This document shows, piece after piece, positions 18,800 through 27,491 of a stretch of DNA of 64,000 nucleotides. The first letter of the stretch is position 1; every line of letters begins with the position of its first letter. A program made the translations under genes and the position numbers. The DNA is from Candidatus Niyogibacteria bacterium (GTDB lineage: Bacteria > Patescibacteriota > Minisyncoccia > JACROR01): the NCBI GenBank assembly GCA_016186495.1, contig JACPLO010000001.1, positions 11,907-75,906 on the forward strand. Direction: 5' to 3'. The notes under the pieces were generated by a model that was given only the letters and a program-made list of their open reading frames with translations, made no database searches and had not been told where the DNA came from.

Positions 18800-18849
18800 T
18801 GAACTAGCGCGTCTGCCAATTCCGCCATCCCAGCTTTTTCAACCGGAGA

Positions 18850-20670
18850 TTAATCCGTTAAAAATTTCCATACTTTTTTGGTATCAATATACCATTCATT
18901 TACTTGAGTAAAGCGATCTGAAGGAACGGTAATGTGGGAAATATCCATACCTTTTAAACGTTCAGGGAGAATGTATAAATAGTGCGGCGCATAAAGGAAG
19001 ATTGCCGGAATATCTTTTTGGACTTCTTTTTGGAAAGCGACGTAGTTTTTAGCGCGTTTTGCCGGATCGGCGATACTTCTCGCTTTCTCTAAAAGATCAT
19101 CCGCAGTGATGTTGGCATAAAGGGCGATATTTAAACCCGGATCGTTCCTTTGGGAAGAATGCCAGAAAGCGAACGGATCAGGATCAAATCCTGTTATTTC
19201 TCCGAAAAGAAGAGCATCGTAGTCCCGCGGCCGGATAATATTTTTTTCAAAATCGCCAATTTCAAATATTTTAACATCAGTTTTCACGCCGATGTCTTCC
19301 CACATTGTTTTTAAAAGTTCCGCGGTTTTGACCAATTCCGGCGCCATTGAAGTAGACAAAGAAAGGGTCAGAAGGATTGTTTCTTTTTTAATTTTCTTTT
19401 CCATTATTCCCGATTTTTCGTTTAATTTCCATCCTGATTTTTCAATCAGGATTTTGGCTTGTTCCGGGTCATAATCGTTGTTATTTTCTTCTTTGATAGA
19501 ACCAAGCGTGTCCGGCGGAATAGGATGGTCAATGGCCGATCCGTAACCGGCCAACGCTTCTTCAATAATTTTTCTTTTATCAACGGCCAGTTTCAGGATT
19601 TTTCTGACTGCGGCATCGGCCAGGATTTTATTCTTATTTTGATTTAAAAAAACGCCAAAAACGCGGGAAAGAGTCATTGTTTGAAGCCGGGATTCTTTTC
19701 TAAGAATAGCCGATATTTTTTGGGAAGAAACCGCTCCAATGCTGTCAATAATCCGATTTTCATAAGCCGCCAAGAGATCAGCTTCCGAGTTGTAGAATTT
19801 AAAAATTATCTTTTTTAAATAAGGTTTTTTTAAGGCGTAATCTTCAAAAGATTCCAAAGTGTAAGAATTGATGATTCCCGATGAATTCCGTGATATTTTT
19901 TTAACGCGGTAGGGGCCGGCGCCGATCGGTTCAATGTTAAATTGGCTTAAACTGATTTGTTCGGGCTTAAGGTCGGCCCATAAATGGTAAGGAAGGATTT
20001 CCAAAGTAGTATTTTCCAGAAACGGAGCGTAGGGTTTTTTGAGAATGAATTTAACGGCGCGGGAATTAATAATTTTCGTTTCCACTCCCTCCCAATTAGC
20101 TCTTTTCGGGCTTTTAGTAAAAGGATCTTGAGCAAGTTTGACGGTAAAAATAATATCTTGAGCGGTAATCGGCTGGCCGTCTGACCAGCGCAAATTTTCT
20201 TTCAGAAAAAAAGTATAAGTAAGATTGTCTTCGCTGATTTCATATTTTTCCGCTAATTCCGATTTTAATCCGCCTTGGCCGTCTGATTTTAAAAGGCCGG
20301 CGTAGATAAGTTCAGTCAGATCGTGGTCTGCTTCGGAGACGGCGATCAAAGGATTGATAAAACGAGGAAAACCGATGACTCCTTCGTAAAGGACGCCGCC
20401 GTCAACCGGCGTTTCAACGGCGATTCGGTCATTGATAATCATTGAAAGGCCGATTATTCCCGTAAAAAACAGCAAGGCGAAAAACGCAAAAGCGGCTTTT
20501 TCTTTGATATTCAGCGTGCGGATAATAAAGCGGATTTTGGTAAAAGACGGCAAATTTACCCCGTTAAATAGTTGCGAGGCGAATTTAACGGGGTTTACCC
20601 CGTTAAATAGTTGCGAGGCGAATTTAACGGGGTGAACGCGCTGCTTAAATAATGAGAATATTTTTTTCAC
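18850..20670 (-). CDS. OppA/DppA-like (family 5) ABC substrate-binding protein with an N-terminal palindrome insertion
   Basis: WSDGQPITAQDIIFT, PIGAGPY, VRKILKLAVDK; N-terminus contains PVKFASQLFNGVN twice. Confidence 0.9.
   Translation of the reverse strand: MKKIFSLFKQRVHPVKFASQLFNGVNPVKFASQLFNGVNLPSFTKIRFIIRTLNIKEKAAFAFFALLFFTGIIGLSMIINDRIAVETPVDGGVLYEGVIGFPRFINPLIAVSEADHDLTELIYAGLLKSDGQGGLKSELAEKYEISEDNLTYTFFLKENLRWSDGQPITAQDIIFTVKLAQDPFTKSPKRANWEGVETKIINSRAVKFILKKPYAPFLENTTLEILPYHLWADLKPEQISLSQFNIEPIGAGPYRVKKISRNSSGIINSYTLESFEDYALKKPYLKKIIFKFYNSEADLLAAYENRIIDSIGAVSSQKISAILRKESRLQTMTLSRVFGVFLNQNKNKILADAAVRKILKLAVDKRKIIEEALAGYGSAIDHPIPPDTLGSIKEENNNDYDPEQAKILIEKSGWKLNEKSGIMEKKIKKETILLTLSLSTSMAPELVKTAELLKTMWEDIGVKTDVKIFEIGDFEKNIIRPRDYDALLFGEITGFDPDPFAFWHSSQRNDPGLNIALYANITADDLLEKARSIADPAKRAKNYVAFQKEVQKDIPAIFLYAPHYLYILPERLKGMDISHITVPSDRFTQVNEWYIDTKKVWKFLTD
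20559..20632. mobile_element. Two tandem 35-bp palindromic mini-elements (copies 3 and 4)
   Basis: TTTA-[CCCCGTTAAATAGTTGCGAGGCGAATTTAACGGGG]-TTTA-[identical]-TGAA; 39-bp period equals 13 codons. Confidence 0.85.
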
Positions 20671-20695
20671 AATGATTTTATGGTGATAACGGGAA

Positions 20696-20923
20696 TTATT
20701 TAAGAAGAAGATTTAAGAAAGCGGAAAACAAGAATAATCCGGCTAAAATAATAGTGGCGTTGAAAATGATTTTTTCCAAACCTCTTTTTGTGGCGTAAGA
20801 GCCGCCATCCGCGCTTCCGCCGAAAGCCGCGCTTAATCCGGCGCCTCGCTTTTGCAGAAGGATAGAGGCAATCAGCAGAATAGAAACAATTATCTGGAAA
20901 TACGGGAGAACAGTTAACAGCAT
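20696..20923 (-). CDS. secG: Preprotein translocase subunit SecG
   Basis: ILLQKRGAGLSAAFGG motif, two TM helices. Confidence 0.9.
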   Translation of the reverse strand: MLLTVLPYFQIIVSILLIASILLQKRGAGLSAAFGGSADGGSYATKRGLEKIIFNATIILAGLFLFSAFLNLLLK

Positions 20924-20930
20924 ATTTTAT

Positions 20931-20960
20931 AGTATATAAAGCAATGCGGCCGGTTGTCAA
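20931..20960 (-). promoter_or_regulatory. Sigma70 promoter of secG, probably leaderless
   Basis: Minus strand TTGACA, 18 nt, TATACT, 7 nt, ATG. Confidence 0.6.
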
Positions 20961-20967
20961 GCCGAAT

Positions 20968-20997
20968 AAAAAAGAGCAATCAATGATTGCTCTTTTT
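20968..20997. terminator. Intrinsic terminator after tldD
   Basis: AAAAAGAGCAATC-AAT-GATTGCTCTTTTT. Confidence 0.7.
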
Positions 20998-21007
20998 CTT
21001 TTAAAAT

Positions 21008-22630
21008 TTAATCTTCATCTTCTTTCATTAAATTATCGGCATTTGGATCCTCGGCACTGGAAAGCACTTGGATTTTTCTAAAATACACCGAAGGGCAAAG
21101 GCCGCTTACTCTGACATAGCCGGAATTAGAACCGCAGTGGCCAACGCACTCCGTAAGATTATTCCCAACCGCTTTTACCTGATTAAGGGTTTCATAAGCG
21201 CTGCCGCTGATGAAGGCGCTTGAAACCGGTTCTATTTTACCGTCAGGATAAATTTTATAAAATTCACTTACGTATATCTTGAATTGGCCGCTTTCAACTT
21301 CCACTTCGCCCGAACGGCCATTGATGTAAAGCCCGAACGGCTCCTTATGGTATTTTAAATCTTCAATTATCATCTTTATAAGTTTATCGGAGGAAACGGA
21401 TTTTTTTGATGAGACAATCATATTCGCGGTTCTTGCTTCCGGAATTTCTCCGAATTCGGCTCTGGAGTGGCCGTTTGAAATGATGTTGTCGCGGCCGGCG
21501 CTGATCCGATCATGGAGATAGCTTTTTAAGATTCCGTTCTCAATTAAAACAACTTTTTTTGCCGGCTGGCCGTCATCGTCAAATTTATAAGATCCGAAAT
21601 AATTTTCCATCGTGGGATCGTCTATTATGTCTATATTATCCGGCAAAATTTTTTGGCCCAATTTTGCTTTAAAAGCGGTGGCCCCTTTCTCGTCAATCAA
21701 TCTGGCGGAAGCCAGATGCGCGCCGAATCCTTCATGGAAAATCGTATAAGTCGTTTCCGGAGAAAGCACCGCCCGATAAAGGCCGGATTCAAGTTCCGGC
21801 GCCTGATGAAATTTTTCCGCGAGATTTCCCATTATTTTTTGAAGATCATCCGTTTCTTTTTTACAATTAAAACCGTCGGTTAATTTTCTTGTTTCATAAA
21901 ATTTTATATCTCGGCCTTTAATGTCTTTTACGGTTATCATCCAGCTGATAAAACCGTAAATCTCGGAAGTAAAAATTTGATTTTCCGATTCTTGGCCGTC
22001 CATTCGTTTTTCAAAAGAAGCAAACCAGCAATTTTCTTCGGTGATTGAAAATTCAAGCTCCGAATGTTTAATTTTTTTATTTTTTGAAATTAAATTATCC
22101 GCCTCCTCAATAACGCCGGCGATTTTCTTAAAATCACAAATTAATCGTTTTTCCGCTTCGGAATAATTCGTTGATTTTCCTTTTGAAAGTTTCTGAAATT
22201 CTTTATCTTTTTTATATTCGGAAATTTGGGAGTGATGCTGAAAATATTCGCTTAAAGCCATTTTAAACGCGCCGTCAATCGCTTTATTGATATTTTTTTT
22301 AAGCGCGTTTGATTTTAAAGAAGTTCTGTCCGTATAATGGCCGATGCCCAAGCCGTTGGCCTTGGGATGGTTAAAATCGCCGACGCCGATTGTAACGCAA
22401 AAGCCGATATTGGCGTACTCATTCGGTTTTTTTAAATCATTGACAAGGCCGCCATTTTCCGAAATTATGCTGAGATTTCTAATCTTCTTTAAATTGATTC
22501 CCATGTATACCGGACTAAAAATTATTTCTTTATCCACGATAAACCGCCTGACCCTGACTTTTTTCCATTTTTCAAAAAGTTCGCGGGTTAAAATTAAAAT
22601 TTCGTCTTTTTCCAAAGATTTATCATTCAT
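21008..22630 (-). CDS. TldD/PmbA family metalloprotease (TldD-type)
   Basis: FHEGFGAH zinc motif, DDPT...GSYKFDDDG, LIENGIL, SNGHSR, C-terminal GHCG. Confidence 0.85.
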   Translation of the reverse strand: MNDKSLEKDEILILTRELFEKWKKVRVRRFIVDKEIIFSPVYMGINLKKIRNLSIISENGGLVNDLKKPNEYANIGFCVTIGVGDFNHPKANGLGIGHYTDRTSLKSNALKKNINKAIDGAFKMALSEYFQHHSQISEYKKDKEFQKLSKGKSTNYSEAEKRLICDFKKIAGVIEEADNLISKNKKIKHSELEFSITEENCWFASFEKRMDGQESENQIFTSEIYGFISWMITVKDIKGRDIKFYETRKLTDGFNCKKETDDLQKIMGNLAEKFHQAPELESGLYRAVLSPETTYTIFHEGFGAHLASARLIDEKGATAFKAKLGQKILPDNIDIIDDPTMENYFGSYKFDDDGQPAKKVVLIENGILKSYLHDRISAGRDNIISNGHSRAEFGEIPEARTANMIVSSKKSVSSDKLIKMIIEDLKYHKEPFGLYINGRSGEVEVESGQFKIYVSEFYKIYPDGKIEPVSSAFISGSAYETLNQVKAVGNNLTECVGHCGSNSGYVRVSGLCPSVYFRKIQVLSSAEDPNADNLMKEDED

Positions 22631-22755
22631 CGGCCGTTCTCTCCTTTTAATTATAATTATTAATTTTTCAAAAAACTGATTTTAATTTAAAGCAAATCAT
22701 CAAATCGCGCAAGTTTGCCTAATAAACAATATAGTATATTATTTGTTATAATTAT

Positions 22756-22827
22756 GTCGGTGTAGCTCAGTGGTAGAGCGAGGGACTCATAAACCCTAGG
22801 CCGGAAGTCCGATTCTTCCCACCGACA
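22756..22827 (+). tRNA. tRNA with CAT anticodon (elongator Met or Ile2)
   Basis: GTCGGTG TA GCTC AGTGGTA GAGC G AGGGA CTCATAA ACCCT AGGCC GGAAG TCCGATT CTTCC CACCGAC A. Confidence 0.85.
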
Positions 22828-22850
22828 CAAAGACATGCGGCATAAATTTT

Positions 22851-23951
22851 ATGAAAGTTCTAAGCATTAGTTCGGATAGAAACATTTTTAACGAAAATTC
22901 TGAAGTCAGGCAGAGAACGATTGAATACGGCCGTTTGGCGGAAGAATTGCATATCATCGTCTTTACAAAACGGAAATTGGAAACAAATCCTAAAATTCAA
23001 ATTTCCGAAAATACTTTTTTTTATCCGACAGATTCATTTAGTCGATGGAGTTATATTTTTAACGCGGTAAAAATCGCCAAAAAAATAATTGGAAATTATC
23101 CTGATAAGTTTCTTGTCACAAGTCAGGATCCTTTTGAAACTGGATTGGCCGGCTGGCTAATCGCACGCCAGTTCAATTTTCCGCTTCAGCTTCAAATTCA
23201 CACTGATTTTCTCTCTTCGTATTTTCGGCGCGAATCTTTTTTGAATAAAATCCGCGTTTGGCTCGCTAAATTTTTGATTTTTCGCGCCGCTTGTCTCCGC
23301 GTCGTTTCCGAAAGGATAAAAAAATCATTGGCGGCCATCGGTTATCCTTTAAATTTCGTAACAGTTTTGCCGATTTTCGTTGATGTTGGAAAAATAAAAA
23401 ACGCGCCGATTAAAACCGATCTCCGGCAAAAATATCCGCAATTTGATTTCATTATTTTGACGGCGTCGCGCCTGACGCGCGAGAAAAATATCGGCTTAGC
23501 CGTTGAAGTGATGGCTGAAATTATAAAAGAATATCCTCAAACCGGCTTGATTATTGTCGGCAACGGACCGGAAGAGCTTGATTTAAAATTTAAAATTAAA
23601 AATTTAAAGTTGGAAGAAAATGTTATTCTTGAAGATTGGACGGAGGATCTCGCGTCATATTATAAAACCGCGGATTTGTTTCTCCTTACTTCCAATTACG
23701 AAGGATACGGCCGGACTCTTATTGAAGCTGTTTTCTCGGGATGCGGCGCGATTTCCGCCAATGTCGGCATTGCCGATGAAATTTTGGCTAAAGAAAATAT
23801 TTTTGAGCCGGACGATAAAAAGGCCCTTGTGGAAAAAATAACAAAAGCAATGAAAGGCGAACTTCTTCAAATTAAGTTTAGGGCAGAAATACGGACAAAG
23901 GACCAGTATTTAGAAAAATATAAAAAATCATGGGAAACATGCAGCTATTAA
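22851..23951 (+). CDS. Glycosyltransferase family 4
   Basis: SRLTREKN, ADLFLLTSNYEGYGRTLIEA. Confidence 0.9.
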   Translation: MKVLSISSDRNIFNENSEVRQRTIEYGRLAEELHIIVFTKRKLETNPKIQISENTFFYPTDSFSRWSYIFNAVKIAKKIIGNYPDKFLVTSQDPFETGLAGWLIARQFNFPLQLQIHTDFLSSYFRRESFLNKIRVWLAKFLIFRAACLRVVSERIKKSLAAIGYPLNFVTVLPIFVDVGKIKNAPIKTDLRQKYPQFDFIILTASRLTREKNIGLAVEVMAEIIKEYPQTGLIIVGNGPEELDLKFKIKNLKLEENVILEDWTEDLASYYKTADLFLLTSNYEGYGRTLIEAVFSGCGAISANVGIADEILAKENIFEPDDKKALVEKITKAMKGELLQIKFRAEIRTKDQYLEKYKKSWETCSY

Positions 23952-25075
23952 TTTTGACTCAAAAAATAGATATAAATGACGATAATCTTGGTTTTTTTGT
24001 GCGTTGGGTTGAAGAATTCGCTAAAAATGTTGAAGAGGTTTTTGTAATCGCGAATTTCACCGGCGAACGCCATTTGCCGGACAAGGTAAAAATTTTTTCT
24101 TTGGGAAAAGAAAAAGGATTCGGAAGAATCAGGCGGTATTTTAATTTTTTCCGTTATCTTTTTGAGATTTTGCCGAAATCGGACGCGGTGTTCGTCCATA
24201 TGATTCCCGTTTGGGTGGTGGCGGGCTGGCCGCTTTATAAAATTTTCAGAAAAAAAGTTTATCCCGTTACATTTTTAAAACCCCGCGGTCTTGCCGCAGG
24301 GGTATCACAACAATATTTTAACATTTTTGCGTGGTTTAATGCTCTGTTGAAATGTAACGGGATTTATTTATGGTACACGCATAAGTCCGTCACTTTTTCT
24401 TTGCGGATGGCGGAAAAAATAGTTGAAAAAATATTTACCGCCTCGCGCGAAAGTTTTCGCTTGCCGTCCAAAAAGGCGGAAATTTTAGGCCATGGCATTG
24501 ATATAGAAAAATTTAAACCGGCGGTTAATTATCAATCATCCGCCAGCTATCAAATTATTACGGCGGGCCGAATCGCGCCGAGCAAGAATTTGGATATTTT
24601 GATTGAGACCGCGGAAATTTTAAAAAAACAGAAGATGAATTTTGAGATGAAAATTGCCGGCGCACCGATCACCGCGGCTGACGACCAATATTTTAAAAAG
24701 CTGAAAGATTTAATTGTAAAAAATAATTTAAAAGATACCATCAGATTCAGCGGCGCGATTCCTTACGGCGAAATTGAAAAATTTTATCAAAAAGGGGATT
24801 TATTCGTGAATTTAAGCGCCACCGGTAGCTTGGATAAGTCTGTTCTTGAAGCGATGGCGTGCGGCGTGAATGTTCTTGTTTCAAACGAGGCCTTTTCTAA
24901 TATCCTGCCGGAGGAAAATTTTATTAAAAATTCAACAGTCGGACAAATTACTGAAAGAATAAAATATTTTATGGATAATCGGGATTCGGCGAATAAAACG
25001 ATTTTGCGCGAAATAATCGTTAAGAATCATAATCTGAAAAATTTAATCAAGAAATTGGTTGAAAATATAAATTGA
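23939..25075 (+). CDS. Glycosyltransferase family 4 with a 35-aa in-frame palindrome insertion
   Basis: GRIAPSKN, SLDKSVLEAMACG; insertion PVTFLKPRG...KCNGIY. Confidence 0.88.
   Translation: MQLLILTQKIDINDDNLGFFVRWVEEFAKNVEEVFVIANFTGERHLPDKVKIFSLGKEKGFGRIRRYFNFFRYLFEILPKSDAVFVHMIPVWVVAGWPLYKIFRKKVYPVTFLKPRGLAAGVSQQYFNIFAWFNALLKCNGIYLWYTHKSVTFSLRMAEKIVEKIFTASRESFRLPSKKAEILGHGIDIEKFKPAVNYQSSASYQIITAGRIAPSKNLDILIETAEILKKQKMNFEMKIAGAPITAADDQYFKKLKDLIVKNNLKDTIRFSGAIPYGEIEKFYQKGDLFVNLSATGSLDKSVLEAMACGVNVLVSNEAFSNILPEENFIKNSTVGQITERIKYFMDNRDSANKTILREIIVKNHNLKNLIKKLVENIN
24262..24362. mobile_element. Palindromic mini-element copy 5 (101 bp), containing a nested 33-bp hairpin
   Basis: TTTA-TCCCGTTACATTT...AAATGTAACGGGA-TTTA; 101+4 = 105 bp = 35 codons. 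Confidence 0.85.
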
Positions 25076-25102
25076 AATAAAATAATTAAAGGTAATAAAA
25101 AT

Positions 25103-25822
25103 ATGAGCCAAGAAGCCAAGAAAATATCAATTGTTATTCCGGCATACAATGAAGAAGAACTTTTGGAAAGAGAGCTGGAAAAAATCATATCCAAAACTAA
25201 TGAAGTGATTGAAAACAGAAACTATGAAATAGTAATAGTAGAAAATGGCAGTACTGATAAAACATTGGAGATAGCGCGCGAATTATCAGCCCGCTATCCG
25301 CAGATTTTTGTTATTTCTTTAACGATCGCGAATTACGGCAGTGCTTTAAAAAATGGAATTTTTAGCAGCCAAGGAGAATTAGTCGCTGTTTTTAATGTTG
25401 ATTTTTGGGACGTTGGCGCGATGAAAAAGGCTTTGGATATTCTTTTAAACGAGAATTGCGATATTGTGGTTTGTTCAAAATCAATGAAAGGAGCGCGAGA
25501 TTTAAGGCCTCTTTTAAGGAGAATTGTCACCCGAGGATTTAATCTGATGCTTTGTTTATTTTTTGGATATCGCGGCACGGACACGCATGGAGTTAAATTT
25601 TTTAAAAAGGAAAAAATATTGCCGATCATTAAACAATGCGTAAATGAGCGGGATTTATTGGATACGGAACTTTTGATCCGCGCGCAAAAAGCGGGGCTTG
25701 TGATAAAAGAAATTCCGATTGTTTGCGAAGAAAAAAGGAAAAGCGTTTACGGCCTTTTTGGAAAAACGCCGAGAATCTTAAAAGATTTGATTCTTCTTTT
25801 CGTTTCTATCCATAAGCGATGA
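25103..25822 (+). CDS. GT2 polyprenol-phosphate glycosyltransferase (DPM synthase-like)
   Basis: ISIVIPAYNEE, ENGSTD. Confidence 0.85.
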   Translation: MSQEAKKISIVIPAYNEEELLERELEKIISKTNEVIENRNYEIVIVENGSTDKTLEIARELSARYPQIFVISLTIANYGSALKNGIFSSQGELVAVFNVDFWDVGAMKKALDILLNENCDIVVCSKSMKGARDLRPLLRRIVTRGFNLMLCLFFGYRGTDTHGVKFFKKEKILPIIKQCVNERDLLDTELLIRAQKAGLVIKEIPIVCEEKRKSVYGLFGKTPRILKDLILLFVSIHKR

Positions 25823-25823
25823 T

Positions 25824-27308
25824 ATGAATAATAAGATAACAATATCGGTTACCGCCTTATTTGATATTTTTGAAAAATATTTTTTGATATTGCTTATCGG
25901 ATTGGTTTTTGGAATGGCTCTTTGGAATTTTCAAACAAGTCCGGGTTTTTGGTTTGACGAAGGAATTATCGCGCAGGCCGCGAAGAATATAGCGGAACAC
26001 GGAATATACGGAATTCAAACCGCGCCGGAACAATTTTATACCGATAATTTTTGGATTACCACGAGTTATTCTCTGATCTGGCCGGTTGCTTTATTCATAA
26101 AAATTTTCGGCGCGTCAATCTGGGCCGCCCGTTTAGCCCCCTTGTTGTATTTGGTTTTTTTCGTTCTCGTTTCTTATTTTTTCATAAAAAAACTTTACGG
26201 TTTCAGAATTGCCGTCCTGTCGTCTTTTTTACTCGCGACTTTTTCTCCTTTGTATGGAAACGGCAAAGCGGTTTTAGGAGAAGTGCCGGGACTTTTTTGG
26301 TTAATATCCGGAGCTTTGATTTATCTGGCGTATCAAGAAAGCAAAGAAAGAAAATTTTTATTTTTTAGCGCGTTTTTTTGGGGGATTGCCGTAAGCACGA
26401 AGCCGTATTATTTGCTTTTTGGCTTAAGCGTTTTGTTTATTCTTGTTTTTTTATGGTTGAAACAGAAAATCATTGATTTAAAAACCGTGATTTTATTTTG
26501 TTTTATTTTTTCTCTACCTGTTTTTTTGTGGATTTTTTTATCGTTTGATTTTTCTTCATTGAACGGATTTCAGAAAACGTTGGTGTTTTTCTCCAATTCC
26601 TACGGTGTTTCGTCATTTGAGCCGCTGAAAAATCTTTTACGGTTCGTGACTGAATCAACGCCGATTCATTTTACATTTTTAATGATTTTTATTTTCGCGG
26701 CGCTATTTGTCCAAAAAGGCGGCTGGCGAAGCGTTAATTCCGCGGTTGGCGGATTTTTAATTTTTATGCTTATTTCATTTTTATGGTATTTAAAAACACC
26801 GGGCTGGTACCGTTATTTTTTTTCCATCCATGTTTTGGCGATTTTATTTTTTCCCGCTTCGCTGATGATTGTCGTCGAACGAACCGGCGCTTATTTTCAA
26901 AAGGAAAGAATGATAAAAATACTGGGAAAAGCGATAATCGGCGCGCTGATAATTTTTCAAGCGGGATTTTTGATCATAAATTATAATCAGTTTTTCCGCG
27001 ACGATTTATTGCGGCTTAAAGATTACGCTGAAAAAAATATTTCCGATGATTCGTCCGTTTTTATAATGAACTTGCCGGAAGCGGCGTTTCTGTTAAATGA
27101 TAAAAATTTATACCAATATATTTTTATCAATGAAAATTTAGCGATAAAATCCGACCGCCCGAAACGTTTAATGGATTATATTATCGTCGGATCGTCCGAT
27201 GATAAATTTATTCTTGGCAATAAAAACTTAATTGATTTTGAATATGTTTTGGAACAAAAAATCGGCCATTATAATATTTACAAAAATATTACTCGTAAAA
27301 TTTCTTAA
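25824..27308 (+). CDS. ArnT/PMT-like GT-C membrane glycosyltransferase
   Basis: WFDEG first loop, G.S.WAARL, many TM helices. Confidence 0.8.
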   Translation: MNNKITISVTALFDIFEKYFLILLIGLVFGMALWNFQTSPGFWFDEGIIAQAAKNIAEHGIYGIQTAPEQFYTDNFWITTSYSLIWPVALFIKIFGASIWAARLAPLLYLVFFVLVSYFFIKKLYGFRIAVLSSFLLATFSPLYGNGKAVLGEVPGLFWLISGALIYLAYQESKERKFLFFSAFFWGIAVSTKPYYLLFGLSVLFILVFLWLKQKIIDLKTVILFCFIFSLPVFLWIFLSFDFSSLNGFQKTLVFFSNSYGVSSFEPLKNLLRFVTESTPIHFTFLMIFIFAALFVQKGGWRSVNSAVGGFLIFMLISFLWYLKTPGWYRYFFSIHVLAILFFPASLMIVVERTGAYFQKERMIKILGKAIIGALIIFQAGFLIINYNQFFRDDLLRLKDYAEKNISDDSSVFIMNLPEAAFLLNDKNLYQYIFINENLAIKSDRPKRLMDYIIVGSSDDKFILGNKNLIDFEYVLEQKIGHYNIYKNITRKIS

Positions 27309-27370
27309 ATAATTTAATCTCTTTCTCTTTTTATTTTTTTCTGTTATCATTGCTCTTAAGTTTGAATTTA

Positions 27371-27448
27371 CCCCGTTAGAAAGTTATTTTTAAACTATAT
27401 GAATAAGATTTATTTCTGGATGTTTACGAAGCGAGCTTTCTAACGGGG
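27371..27448. mobile_element. Palindromic mini-element copy 6 (78 bp), intergenic
   Basis: TTTA-CCCCGTTAGAAAG...CTTTCTAACGGGG-TTTA. Confidence 0.85.
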
Positions 27449-27491
27449 TTTAGAACATTAATAATCTTTTTATTATAAATAAGGAGGCAGG

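Larger units (their letters stand above)
18639..18834 (-). pseudogene. Outer tRNA-Leu (type II) interrupted in the anticodon loop by a 109-bp element
   Basis: 5' half GCTGGGA TGGCGGAATTGGCAGACGCG CTAGT TCA; 3' half CAAGGGA GCTAG T TCTC-GCGA-GAGA GT GGGAG TTCAAAT CTCCC TCCCAGC A. All stems pair, but the anticodon loop is split. Confidence 0.8.

Noticed and set aside
20555-20636. CRISPR array
   Set aside because: Only two identical units with a 4-nt joint, no unique spacers, no cas genes, and it lies in frame within a CDS.
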